Shown here: piece by piece, positions 17,578 through 27,714 of the stretch | How the letters are laid out: each line of letters starts with the position of its first letter | Position numbering within the stretch: position 1 is the stretch's first letter | Virus record (IMG/VR): IMGVR_UViG_3300032236_000747 | Location: 248,001-312,000 of that record | Length of the DNA stretch: 64,000 bases | Reading direction: 5' to 3' (one strand) | Program-made: the position numbers and the translations under genes | The notes under the pieces: generated by a model | The model's input: the letters and a program-made list of their open reading frames with translations, nothing else | Told to the model about the DNA's origin: nothing | Databases searched by the model: none

Positions 17578-18039
17578 ATGATAACCTTAGAGGAATTCCA
17601 CTCTTTTATTGAAAACGATATAGTATATCTCCAGAACTTACTATACTACATTGATGCTCAAGGGCAAGAGCATAAAATCAACAACCTGGGTCATCTTCAT
17701 TCCTTGTACGGGAATACCATAAAACTAGAAGGTGCCGAGAAATACAATAAAGCTCTCTTTGACTATTGTCAATCTTTCAAACACTCGGGTCCAGTAACTT
17801 GCCACATCTTTAGATCCTTCGCAGGCTCACATAGTTTTCCAACCCATGTAGATCCAGATGATGTACACCTTAGGTTGCTATATGGACAGAAAACTATTAT
17901 ACTAGAAGATACAGAACATATTTTGAATCCCAACGACTGCTTATACATACCTGCCAATACTCCCCATCGTGCAATAAACAACGAAGAGTCTTTGATGTTA
18001 AGCATAGGACTTGAAAAGTTTCTTATTGATAAACTATGA
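17578..18039 (+). CDS. Cupin / JmjC-like oxygenase
   Basis: SFPTHVDPDDV...GQK...L.PNDCLYIPANTPHRA. Confidence 0.8.
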   Translation: MITLEEFHSFIENDIVYLQNLLYYIDAQGQEHKINNLGHLHSLYGNTIKLEGAEKYNKALFDYCQSFKHSGPVTCHIFRSFAGSHSFPTHVDPDDVHLRLLYGQKTIILEDTEHILNPNDCLYIPANTPHRAINNEESLMLSIGLEKFLIDKL

Positions 18040-19094
18040 ATTGGCTTTTCTATTTAAAAACTACAGAGACCTGTAATCTCAACTGTAAACATTGTTTCAC
18101 CAATGGAACCAGCGGAGCAAAGATCTATTGGAACAAAGAAAAAGTCAGTAAGTGGTTAAAGGATTTTAGAGAAGAAGTTGGTCCTGGGCATTCAGCTCAC
18201 TGTGAGTTTCATGGGGGAGAGCCATTCCTTGTTGATGTAGAAGAAATGAAACAAGTATACGATGAATGTAAAGACCTTTGGAATAATATGTCATGGGGTG
18301 TAACAACTAATCTCGTATTCAAACTATCTCCTTCTATCATAGAGTTTATTAAAGGGCCCTTAGACAATAGATTAGCTACGAGTTGGGATCCTGATATTAG
18401 ATTTGCTAATCCTAAACAGTATGACCTTTGGAGGAACAATGTTAGGACATTGATAAACGAAGGAGTTACTCTTAAATTGTTTGTCAGTGTTACAAAAGGC
18501 ACAGTTAAAATGAACCCCATTGATCTCTTAGAGTGGATTAGAGACCTGGGAGTGAAAGAAGTAAGTTTTGAGAGATTAACGCACAACGGTAGCGCAAACA
18601 AAAACCCTGATATATTTCCCAGCAACGTAGAACAAGATGCTTGGTTCCTTAGAATGCATCAACAGAGCGAACAGGCAAACGCTAGAACTTGGTTTAATAA
18701 CGAGTTTCTAGAAAATGTTTATACAAAGTTTGAATCCGGATTTAACAAAGCAGGAACTTTCTGCAGGGACTGTGAGGAAAAACTCTTTACGTTAAACGCA
18801 GATGGTTCTATTGCCGGATGCCCAAACAGTGCTCCGGAACAGTATTTCGGACATATAGATACTAGAATACACGATCTACTCAAAGACCCTGCTAGAATAA
18901 ACAACATAGCCTGTGAAAGATCTAGAGATCCTAGGTGTTATTCCTGTGATGTTTTTGAGTTTTGTGGAGGAGACTGCCATCAGTTATCCTGGGAAGACGA
19001 TCAGTGTGGTGCACCTAGAAGCTTGATGCAGTTGTTAGCAGGTATAAATACTCTAAGAAGTCAAAAGATCTTTAAAATAGAGGAAATTAAATGA
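18036..19094 (+). CDS. Radical SAM/SPASM peptide- or protein-maturase-like enzyme 1
   Basis: CNLNCKHC, FHGGEP, SPASM-type CRDC...GCP...C..C...CGGDC...C. Confidence 0.92.
   Translation: MNWLFYLKTTETCNLNCKHCFTNGTSGAKIYWNKEKVSKWLKDFREEVGPGHSAHCEFHGGEPFLVDVEEMKQVYDECKDLWNNMSWGVTTNLVFKLSPSIIEFIKGPLDNRLATSWDPDIRFANPKQYDLWRNNVRTLINEGVTLKLFVSVTKGTVKMNPIDLLEWIRDLGVKEVSFERLTHNGSANKNPDIFPSNVEQDAWFLRMHQQSEQANARTWFNNEFLENVYTKFESGFNKAGTFCRDCEEKLFTLNADGSIAGCPNSAPEQYFGHIDTRIHDLLKDPARINNIACERSRDPRCYSCDVFEFCGGDCHQLSWEDDQCGAPRSLMQLLAGINTLRSQKIFKIEEIK
19043..19050 (+). promoter_or_regulatory. T4-type late promoter TATAAATA upstream of the putative precursor
   Basis: Perfect consensus inside the 3' end of rSAM1, 40 nt before ATG 19091; SD GAGG present. 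Confidence 0.6.
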
Positions 19095-19750
19095 CAACGT
19101 TAAATAATCCGGTCACCTCCCAAAATATTGTTGATAGATTCTACGATTACGTAAACTATACAGCTAGTCAAGGAGTCACTTGGGGTAGTGATGTTATTCC
19201 AGCGGGCGATACTAGCCCAGTGAGCGGAGTTGCTGCATCAGTACCTATTATAGCCAGCACGGATTTTGCAGGGACAGTGGCCGCGGTTACTGATATTGCT
19301 ATTAACGGAGCAAGTATTGGATCATCCGGTGGTACTATTACAGCCTCTGACATTTGGTCGGTGCTGGTAAATGAAACAAGCAGAGAAACACATATTAGAT
19401 ATGTTCAAGCAATTTGCGGAGTAACGGGCACTGGTGGAAATGCTGGTACAAGATTGAGAAACACAACCACTAACAGTGATCCTAATCGTGTTCAAGACGT
19501 ATATAATCTTACAAGGGTAGCTAATATGAGGGCAGGTTTTGCAAGTGGCATAACCAATCCAGCTGCTTCAACCTACTCATTAACCGCTGGAAGTACTATT
19601 AGTTCAACTAACCTTGAATCTTTTTTCAGTGCTTGTCGAGACGCTTATAATAACGCTGCTAGAGCCACTGGATCAGCATATGTATATCGTACTAATGTAT
19701 GCCACGCTAGTTGCCACTCTAGTTGTCATAGTTCAAGAGGAAGAAGATGA
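19091..19750 (+). CDS. Putative modification substrate: Thr/Ser/Gly-rich structural-like protein with C-terminal (CHxS)3-RGRR core
   Basis: Ends NVCHASCHSSCHSSRGRR; embedded among rSAM genes; body has a fibre-like GxTIxxxxI/L motif twice. Confidence 0.7.
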   Translation: MTTLNNPVTSQNIVDRFYDYVNYTASQGVTWGSDVIPAGDTSPVSGVAASVPIIASTDFAGTVAAVTDIAINGASIGSSGGTITASDIWSVLVNETSRETHIRYVQAICGVTGTGGNAGTRLRNTTTNSDPNRVQDVYNLTRVANMRAGFASGITNPAASTYSLTAGSTISSTNLESFFSACRDAYNNAARATGSAYVYRTNVCHASCHSSCHSSRGRR

Positions 19751-20436
19751 ACATCATCGAAACAACAGCACCTATTTCTATAGATAATTTAAAGAAGTAT
19801 TTTGAAGATAAAGAAACTGTCTTTTTAATCGATTATGATAACTCTAATCTTAAAGAAGAAAAACTATTAACTTATCTTAGCAATCTAGAAATACCCTGCG
19901 ACCTAAACATAACAGACAATGATTATCTCTTACCGTTGATAACCTGTTATTTAAAATCTCCACATATGGTAGAAATCCCGTTTCTTGAAAGAATAACAAT
20001 TATTCTTCTCTTGCAACATAAAGGCATTTTAGAAAAACAAGATCTTACTATGTTAGAGTCTTTTAAAGAACTATTAGATCTATGGTGTGAAAGATTAGAT
20101 TCTCTAACATTATATAACTTATATTGTGTTAATGAAGACAATGATTATTTTAAAAACTGGGTATTAGAAACCGGTATAAAGGATGACACAACTGATATGT
20201 CAGGTTGTAACTTTGTTAATCTTTTAAAATATGAAGATTTCTATCGATTCTATCAAAAGAGCAGTTCGACTCCTAAATATTTTCCCTACTACTTTGACGA
20301 GTATGTATTCAAAGGGAAAAACTTATACAGTTATTGGGCCAACAATAACAACCCTATGTTTCTTTTAACATTTGGAATAGCTTCCGGTGTATTTGAACAA
20401 TTCAAGGAAAATTTAAATGCTACACCTATTCAATAA
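19747..20436 (+). CDS. Hypothetical protein in the rSAM cluster
   Basis: Translationally coupled ORF. Confidence 0.8.
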   Translation: MNIIETTAPISIDNLKKYFEDKETVFLIDYDNSNLKEEKLLTYLSNLEIPCDLNITDNDYLLPLITCYLKSPHMVEIPFLERITIILLLQHKGILEKQDLTMLESFKELLDLWCERLDSLTLYNLYCVNEDNDYFKNWVLETGIKDDTTDMSGCNFVNLLKYEDFYRFYQKSSSTPKYFPYYFDEYVFKGKNLYSYWANNNNPMFLLTFGIASGVFEQFKENLNATPIQ

Positions 20437-21520
20437 AGTCTATCTTGCTAGTGATTATACACTATGGAATATTCATGCTGACAAAATATTAATAATATCA
20501 GATCATTATGCCACTGAAGATACAAAAGGATATCAAGGATCTACCTATGTAGGTAAAAGTTTATCAGATGCTTTTGGAGAGAAAACACTGCATGATGTTT
20601 TATCAGAGTTTGCCGCAGGCACTGATAAAGTTATTATCTATGCCGATAACATAAGTTTTGCTGAAATCGCTGCTTCGTGGTTTAAGTCGATTACGCACAT
20701 GGATCAAACAGCCTACGATACATTTGTTGACTGTTATATCTATAAAAGGTCTGTTACTGGGCAAGATGTTGGTCAACTATCTGTTTTAATGAAACAACAG
20801 TTAGAGTCAGCACCGGCATATGATTTTTCTAATATAGCAGTTGATATGCCCTATGAGTTTTTATTAGCATCTGCTTTGGTCAATAGAGACTTTTCTAAGA
20901 AATCTCAGTTTTTAAAAACACAAGCTAAGTTTGTTAAGAGATCATATGAACACCTTATTCTAGAAGCACGCAGGCATTTGGACAACTATATATTAGATGC
21001 TAATTTACAAACAGCTCTAGGGGGCTCTGGTAAAACAATACAAAACTACAAAGAACTACCAAGCCTAGCTGCTTATAAAGAACCTTATTTTAAAGAAGCT
21101 GTTCCTGGGCCAGTAGTTCATAGCTATATTCCCGGACAAGGATCTAAGATCGATATTAGCCAAGGGTCTGATAGCGATATTGATGACCTATGCAGGGTTA
21201 CAAATATCATAAACGTTTCTATAGCAGGTATGACTATTTCAACAGGGCCCAATGGACCGGTTGTTTCTTCTAGTCCATATACAAACAACCTAAGAGCCGA
21301 TGATGGTAATGGTTGGAAATATCTAGCAGCAGCTAGAAGAGGCGAGCTAACCTCTGAAGAGTCTGATGCATTGTTAACTGAGTTCTTAGAACCTAGAGTG
21401 GCATTTGAGTTAGTCCCATTGGATCTATCACAAACTATTGTCATGGTACTACTCCCTTATTTTAAATCTCTTGCTAATAGCGGAAACACTACTGAGCTCA
21501 CTAAGTTTACACTAAAATAA
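20417..21520 (+). CDS. Accessory protein A, paralog of 26608..27714
   Basis: MLHLFNKVYL...KVIIYAD...EFLLA shared with the paralog. Confidence 0.8.
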   Translation: MLHLFNKVYLASDYTLWNIHADKILIISDHYATEDTKGYQGSTYVGKSLSDAFGEKTLHDVLSEFAAGTDKVIIYADNISFAEIAASWFKSITHMDQTAYDTFVDCYIYKRSVTGQDVGQLSVLMKQQLESAPAYDFSNIAVDMPYEFLLASALVNRDFSKKSQFLKTQAKFVKRSYEHLILEARRHLDNYILDANLQTALGGSGKTIQNYKELPSLAAYKEPYFKEAVPGPVVHSYIPGQGSKIDISQGSDSDIDDLCRVTNIINVSIAGMTISTGPNGPVVSSSPYTNNLRADDGNGWKYLAAARRGELTSEESDALLTEFLEPRVAFELVPLDLSQTIVMVLLPYFKSLANSGNTTELTKFTLK

Positions 21521-21521
21521 T

Positions 21522-22550
21522 ATGTCCTTGTATGATGTAATAGACAGGAAGGTCATAGACTATGCTGAGATTGTTGTCTGTTTATTTGATCATTGTAATC
21601 TACGCTGTGCTTTTTGTCCACAACATCACGATGATTTATTAGGTGCCTCTAGGGATGAAATATTAGCCAAGGTTCCGGGCATTGTTAACTGGATTAATAA
21701 TAATACTAGATCAAAGTATTTTAAAATTCATATAATGGGCGGCGAAGTATTTGAAGATATCTTCATAGAACAAGGCTTTATTGAAATCTATCAGGATTTT
21801 ATAGATCAAATAAAAAATAGTGTTCCAAAAGAAAAACACGTTGAAATAAACTTTATAACAAACTTAGTTTTTCAAAAACATCAAACAGTTTTAGATTTTC
21901 TTAATATCAATAACCTAAAAGTTTCAACATCTTACGATCCTCGTGGTCGATTTACTGCTCAACAGTTTGAAACATTTAAAAATAACATAGAGATATTTAA
22001 AGACTATATTAGTATGTTTTCTGTAGTAACTACTAGACAAAACATTGAAGCAGTTATAAAAGGCGATAGTTATTTTGATTATCTATATCAAAACTTTGTT
22101 TGTGATTGGGATTCATTTATACCAGCAATAGCAGAAACAGCCGAAGCAATGATGCCTAGTGAACAAGAGTTATTAAACTTTTATAAACATCTCGTTGACC
22201 ATTATCCGGACTGTATTAATATAGAGTATTTTACTGGTAATGAAAAAGAAAATCACATGAGCTGCACAAGGGGAAACAGTTATACTATTCTAAGAGATGG
22301 TTCTATGCCCGGTGGATGCAGTGGTGCGGTGTTTCTTAAAGATGCTGAAACAAAAAACTTAGAATCAACTATCATATTACATAAGTTTTTTGATACCTAT
22401 GATTGTTTCTCGTGTGAGTATTTTAAGAAATGTCCTTTTACCTGTTTTATAAAAAATGACTACAAAAAAATTAAACGAGATCTCGGAAGCTGTGTTTTTA
22501 AAGAAACCTTTCGATACGTCGATTCAAAACATAAAAGTATCATTCATTAA
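21522..22550 (+). CDS. Radical SAM enzyme 2 with Cys-rich C-terminal domain
   Basis: CNLRCAFC, MGGE, CTRG...GGC...CFSCEYFKKCPFTC. Confidence 0.9.
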   Translation: MSLYDVIDRKVIDYAEIVVCLFDHCNLRCAFCPQHHDDLLGASRDEILAKVPGIVNWINNNTRSKYFKIHIMGGEVFEDIFIEQGFIEIYQDFIDQIKNSVPKEKHVEINFITNLVFQKHQTVLDFLNINNLKVSTSYDPRGRFTAQQFETFKNNIEIFKDYISMFSVVTTRQNIEAVIKGDSYFDYLYQNFVCDWDSFIPAIAETAEAMMPSEQELLNFYKHLVDHYPDCINIEYFTGNEKENHMSCTRGNSYTILRDGSMPGGCSGAVFLKDAETKNLESTIILHKFFDTYDCFSCEYFKKCPFTCFIKNDYKKIKRDLGSCVFKETFRYVDSKHKSIIH

Positions 22551-24255
22551 TCCACCTCACGCCGATTGGTGTTTGGCAAACAATGCTGCTTACTTAATGT
22601 TTCAATCGCATTACAGCAGACACGGCAAAAATAATAAAAAGGTAGAGTGGATACCGGCTCCTTATCGATTTGATCAGTATGAAAATGTTCAACAAATATT
22701 AAACGAAGTTGGGAAAGCTGATGTGTATCTATTTTCTAGTTACATATGGAACTATGATGTATGTGATAGTCTCGCCAGACTAATCAAAGATACCTATCCT
22801 ACAAGCATCTGCGTATTAGGTGGCCCGCAAATAGGAACTAACGAACCAAAGTTCTTAACATCTCGTTCTATGTATGATTATATACTGCGACCAACCAAAC
22901 CCGGTGAAGTATTTGTACAAGAACTTATTGATTCGTATTTCGATAACTTAGGATATCCTGATGTAGAAGATATTTCCTGGGAACTACGTAGCGATAAAAA
23001 ATGCGATCAGTTTATGCCAGATTATAGTGTGTACGAAGAACATATAGAATATCTAACCAATGCTAGAGAACATGCTCGTGAAAATGATCTAGAACCATTT
23101 TGTATTATTGAAACAACTCGAGGATGTCCTTATGCGTGTACCTATTGCGAATGGGGCGGAGGAATAGACAGTAAAATCTATAAGAAGCCTATTGATGTAG
23201 TAAAGCGTGATTTATTAGCATTAAAGAAAGCAGGCTATCGAGATGTTTACCTGACAGATGCTAACTTCGGAGCATTTAAAGATAGGGACTTAGAAATATT
23301 TAAGTTTGCGTGGGACAATGAAATAAATCTAACTGACATCAGTACTATGAAAAGCAAGGATTTGAAAAGAAGAACAGATCTAGTCGATGCATGGTTTAGC
23401 GTTGTAGGATCCGGGCCAGAAAAACACAGCCCTGTTATAACAGGAAGAGAAGGCGGACAAGCTCTTGTTGCCGGACTAGGTGAAATGTCAGCTTTATCAA
23501 ACGATGTTTCTTATATTAGTATTGTACCAACAGTATCTATTCAAAGTATCAGCGATGAAGCTATGAAAGTAGCTAAACGTGCTGACCTATCCTTTCAAGA
23601 TAAAATAAAACTCAGCGAGCATATAAACAATCAGTGCCACAAAGAAGGATATCCTGTTCCTGCTATTGAGTTAATAATGGGAATGCCAGGCAGTACTATT
23701 GATGATTTCTATGCTGAATGGGAAATAATGTGGAACTTCAAAGCATGGACTAGTTATCGACACGATTATATGTTCTTGCCTGACTCCGAGTTAACTAATC
23801 CAGAATATTTAAAAAAGTATGATATTACTCTAGTAGAAGTTTACAGTGATCTAGTAGACGAGTTTGGTATTGATAATCAAAATAGTCTTTATAAAAATAA
23901 ACGTAGTTATTTTAAAACTATATCGTCTTGCTTCTCTTATACATTCGACGAAATGTGTGAAATGTGGTTCATGAATCTAGCTGAGAACAGACTATTAGAA
24001 AAAATATATCCAATGTTTGAAAATGATATTTTACCGAGCGAGTTTGGAAAAATGTGTTATCGAATATTATCTCAAACAGATGAGTTTGCTGTTATCCATA
24101 AACAAATACAAGACCTACTAGATCCAAATACATCTCCAAAAAATATCAAAAGATTGAATGGTAAACTAAGAAACTTTGCTATTGATGACCTCACTGATAA
24201 GTACAGAACTATCATTGTTTCTCAAATATACAAGGAGATGTTATGCATCAACTAA
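22456..24255 (+). CDS. Cobalamin-binding (class B-like) radical SAM enzyme; start uncertain
   Basis: B12 domain FSSYIWN...VLGGPQ; ETTRGCPYACTYC; DANFG; ELIMGMPG. Confidence 0.88.
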   Translation: MTTKKLNEISEAVFLKKPFDTSIQNIKVSFINPPHADWCLANNAAYLMFQSHYSRHGKNNKKVEWIPAPYRFDQYENVQQILNEVGKADVYLFSSYIWNYDVCDSLARLIKDTYPTSICVLGGPQIGTNEPKFLTSRSMYDYILRPTKPGEVFVQELIDSYFDNLGYPDVEDISWELRSDKKCDQFMPDYSVYEEHIEYLTNAREHARENDLEPFCIIETTRGCPYACTYCEWGGGIDSKIYKKPIDVVKRDLLALKKAGYRDVYLTDANFGAFKDRDLEIFKFAWDNEINLTDISTMKSKDLKRRTDLVDAWFSVVGSGPEKHSPVITGREGGQALVAGLGEMSALSNDVSYISIVPTVSIQSISDEAMKVAKRADLSFQDKIKLSEHINNQCHKEGYPVPAIELIMGMPGSTIDDFYAEWEIMWNFKAWTSYRHDYMFLPDSELTNPEYLKKYDITLVEVYSDLVDEFGIDNQNSLYKNKRSYFKTISSCFSYTFDEMCEMWFMNLAENRLLEKIYPMFENDILPSEFGKMCYRILSQTDEFAVIHKQIQDLLDPNTSPKNIKRLNGKLRNFAIDDLTDKYRTIIVSQIYKEMLCIN

Positions 24256-24749
24256 AAGAAAACATTTACAAATACGGATATCATCAACTATTTGAACCTA
24301 GTGCCCTTGATTTAATAAAAGCAGACGAGTTTCGTTTACTCAATGTAGAAGAGCGCAGTAGAGATAATATGATAAAAGATGTACCAACAGAGTTATCAAA
24401 TAGATTAACTACAGTTGCTCATTATTTTAAAACCAAATATATAGATCCTGTATGGGAGAACTCTAGATACAATAAATTTACTATCTGGGAAGGTGTTGAT
24501 CGTGACAACCAAGGATGGCATACTGATTTCTTTGAAGGTTATGATTTATTCTTTCTCTACTACCTTGATGACACATTTGAAGAATCTGGAGGGTATATTG
24601 AGTTTAAATGGGACAGCGGCGAAAAACGTTATCAACCAAAAGCAGGAGATCTGTTTTTAGTTAACAACCTACGTGGCTTCTGGCATCGTGCTGGCAGTTC
24701 TACTATATCTCGTCGTGTAGCAAGTTTTGATTTTAACGCAGGTATCTAA
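24243..24749 (+). CDS. Fe(II)/2-oxoglutarate oxygenase
   Basis: WHTD...GG...P.AGD...WHRA...RRV. Confidence 0.8.
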   Translation: MHQLKENIYKYGYHQLFEPSALDLIKADEFRLLNVEERSRDNMIKDVPTELSNRLTTVAHYFKTKYIDPVWENSRYNKFTIWEGVDRDNQGWHTDFFEGYDLFFLYYLDDTFEESGGYIEFKWDSGEKRYQPKAGDLFLVNNLRGFWHRAGSSTISRRVASFDFNAGI

Positions 24750-24750
24750 A

Positions 24751-25056
24751 ATGCAACAAGTTATTAATGATCTATTAGAAAAGAAGAAAATCCTAGGAGA
24801 TGAAAGAGACCTATGCGCTGAAGTTTATAATGTGTGGATTACTAGGATGTACGAGTGCCAGGACGATCCTGTTAAGTATGAAATGTATATAAACATGATA
24901 CAGGTTATGGAACCATATGGCCAAATGGTTAAAGAGGAAATAAGAGAAATAAATCGTCAGCTTTGTGAAATAGAAGGTGTAGATTCTATAGACGAAACTC
25001 CTTATCTTAGAGAATGCAACAACAAGTATGGAAACGCAAAACCAAACGATATCTGA
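24751..25056 (+). CDS. Small helical hypothetical protein
   Basis: ATG at 24751 directly after the upstream stop. Confidence 0.75.
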   Translation: MQQVINDLLEKKKILGDERDLCAEVYNVWITRMYECQDDPVKYEMYINMIQVMEPYGQMVKEEIREINRQLCEIEGVDSIDETPYLRECNNKYGNAKPNDI

Positions 25057-25552
25057 TATTGGCAACGATTTTCTTATTAATGGATTTGCTACCGGTCTAG
25101 TTCCTCTTGATTTATTAACTCCGTTTAATAACACATATTTTCCTGATTGTAATATAGACTGTGATTATGTGTTTCCGGAAGAAGTTATAAATTTATTAAC
25201 ACCTGTGTGCGATTGGTTAAAAATAAACTATCTAGAAACATTGTTTGCTGACTATAGAGTACATTACATAGGAGCATGGAGTGGAGTCGATGAAGGCTCA
25301 GCAAGATGGCACAACGACTGGATTGATGGCGACCCATTTAATACAAACATTCTTGTATATCTAGATCCTCCATTAGAAAACTATATAGCAGTTAGAAATA
25401 TACTTGATCCGGACAGCGAAACTAAGATATATCCAGAAGTTGGGCAGTTTGTTTGGATCAATCAACAAAAACACATACAACACAAAGCACAACATACTGC
25501 TGGCCCTAGAAGATTATTGTGCTTTGAATTCTTCGTACCTAACCTAACCTAA
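25028..25552 (+). CDS. Fe(II)/2-oxoglutarate oxygenase, paralog of 24243..24749
   Basis: W.GVD...WHND...LVYLD...QHKA...RR. Confidence 0.8.
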   Translation: METQNQTISDIGNDFLINGFATGLVPLDLLTPFNNTYFPDCNIDCDYVFPEEVINLLTPVCDWLKINYLETLFADYRVHYIGAWSGVDEGSARWHNDWIDGDPFNTNILVYLDPPLENYIAVRNILDPDSETKIYPEVGQFVWINQQKHIQHKAQHTAGPRRLLCFEFFVPNLT

Positions 25553-25556
25553 CAAA

Positions 25557-26648
25557 ATGGATCTTATCATTAAACCTACAGAAGTATGTAACTTCAAATG
25601 TACATTTTGTTCATCTACAAAAATCAGTGAAGAACATAGTTCAACACTAGACTTAGATTACGTGTTTAAGTTTCTAAAAAGATTTCCGGAAACTAATACA
25701 ATAATAGTCAATGGTGGAGATCCATTGATGATGCCTGTTAACTATTATTGGGAGATTATTAACTGGCTAGATCAACACAACTACGATCACACTACTCTTA
25801 GTCTTACAACTAATCTTTGGCCATTTTATAAAAATCCAGATAAATGGATTGAGCTATTCAAACATCCAAGGGTTGGCGTTAGTACATCGTTCCAATATGG
25901 TAACGGCCGTCTTAAAGGCAACTATGAAGTCTTTACAGAAGATGACTTTTGGGCAGCATCGAATATGATGCTAGATAAAATAGGTTATCGACCTACCTTC
26001 ATTGCTGTTATCACAGAAGAAAACGAAGACAGCATTATTAAAACAGTAGAGCTTGCTAAGAAGATGGATGTTGTTTGTAAAGTAAATTACGGAATGGCAT
26101 CCGGAGACCAGTCAACTCCATATATGTTATCAAAGATATATAAGGCCTATATAGATATATGGAAGGCGGGACTTTATCCCTGGGAACATAATACGCAGCA
26201 GATGATGACTCGATTAAAAGGAACAGCGACAATCTGCCCACAGGCCCGAAACTGTGATTCGCATATAAGAACACTTCAACCAGAAGGAGATTACTATTCC
26301 TGCGGTGCATTCGGCGACGACAAGGAAAAACCTATTAACTTTGAAGAAGAAATGAGTGGTAAGTTTTTTACACCGTTGTCTGATGACTTTGACATTGCTA
26401 CAATGAAACAATCCTGTTATACTTGTGCTATGTTTGAAATCTGTAATGGTTGCAGAAAAACCGTTAAAGATCAAAAGAGACACGGAATGGTAGAAGAACA
26501 TTGTAAGATGATGAAGTCTCTCGCTCCTGATATAATAACAGCCAATGGAGTTGTTAGGGAAGTTACCCCTTATGTTAAAGAAAGCAATCAAAGAATAATA
26601 AGGATAGTTGATGATACATTTGTTCAACCAAGTTTACCTATCTTATGA
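25557..26648 (+). CDS. Radical SAM/SPASM enzyme 4
   Basis: IIKPTEVCNFKCTFC, NGGDP, CP...C...YSC...CYTC..FEICNGC...C. Confidence 0.92.
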   Translation: MDLIIKPTEVCNFKCTFCSSTKISEEHSSTLDLDYVFKFLKRFPETNTIIVNGGDPLMMPVNYYWEIINWLDQHNYDHTTLSLTTNLWPFYKNPDKWIELFKHPRVGVSTSFQYGNGRLKGNYEVFTEDDFWAASNMMLDKIGYRPTFIAVITEENEDSIIKTVELAKKMDVVCKVNYGMASGDQSTPYMLSKIYKAYIDIWKAGLYPWEHNTQQMMTRLKGTATICPQARNCDSHIRTLQPEGDYYSCGAFGDDKEKPINFEEEMSGKFFTPLSDDFDIATMKQSCYTCAMFEICNGCRKTVKDQKRHGMVEEHCKMMKSLAPDIITANGVVREVTPYVKESNQRIIRIVDDTFVQPSLPIL

Positions 26649-27714
26649 TAATATCATAGATGAAAACATTGATAGAGTAGTAATATCAGAAGAGTTTGGT
26701 AAACATATGTTGCAGTATGCCGCTAGGCCTTCCCACGGGGCATTGTTGTATGCTGGCATGGATATTAATGACCTAGCAACAAATGGTATTAGTGATTTCT
26801 TTAACAACCTAGCAACGCATAAAAATAAAGTTGTTATCTATGCTAGTAGAGATTCGTTCTTAGAAATATTAGTGTTATGGTTTACTTCTCTATTAAAACA
26901 TGCCGACAAAGATACAGTACAAACATTGTGTAAGGCTTTGATCTTTAGGATAGTTGTGTTTTCAAATGGAAGATTTATCACACGCAGCGATAAAAACAAA
27001 ACTGAATATTCGCCGCAATACTACGAGTTCCCACAGGCCGACTTTGATTCATACTATAAGCTAGCACTTGAGTCTAACTTAGATCTAGCACCATTTCTAA
27101 ATAACATAGGTGTTGAGTATATGCTAGCAACATATCTTTACAGCGGTCATTATAAAGAAGAACTTAAATCTTTATTAAAACCCTTGATAAGAAAAGATAT
27201 GATAAAATATCTCTACGAGCTCAAAGAGATATTTCTTGTACATTTAATGACTCCTGCCTTTACAAATAAGATGTCATTAACTAAAGATTATGATTTTAAT
27301 ACATTTACTGATATTATAAATGATGATTCTAGATTTGCTAAAACATTCATGTCTACTCAAATATGGGAAACTCCTTTTATGTCAGCATATGGAAACCATG
27401 ATATCTTTTTAGAAAATATAACTCCAGAAGATATTCAAGTGTTTAAAGACTTTACTCATATTGCTGGAAACACATGGATAGAAGAAAGTGTTTATATATT
27501 TGTTAAATCAGATATTAATAAACTAGACTTTCTAGCTTGTTTTTTAGATTTTACAGATGATCTACTCGATAAGATTATAGAGGCTGAATCAACATTTGAG
27601 CACTCAGCTGGATCTTTCTTTTCTATAGACGTGACTACTGTTAATCATTATCTTGTACAAGGTCTTTTAAAAAATAGAAACAATAAAGAATATCTAAGAT
27701 TGTATTCAATATGA
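26608..27714 (+). CDS. Accessory protein B, paralog of 20417..21520
   Basis: MIHLFNQVYL...KVVIYAS...EYMLA. Confidence 0.8.
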   Translation: MMIHLFNQVYLSYDNIIDENIDRVVISEEFGKHMLQYAARPSHGALLYAGMDINDLATNGISDFFNNLATHKNKVVIYASRDSFLEILVLWFTSLLKHADKDTVQTLCKALIFRIVVFSNGRFITRSDKNKTEYSPQYYEFPQADFDSYYKLALESNLDLAPFLNNIGVEYMLATYLYSGHYKEELKSLLKPLIRKDMIKYLYELKEIFLVHLMTPAFTNKMSLTKDYDFNTFTDIINDDSRFAKTFMSTQIWETPFMSAYGNHDIFLENITPEDIQVFKDFTHIAGNTWIEESVYIFVKSDINKLDFLACFLDFTDDLLDKIIEAESTFEHSAGSFFSIDVTTVNHYLVQGLLKNRNNKEYLRLYSI

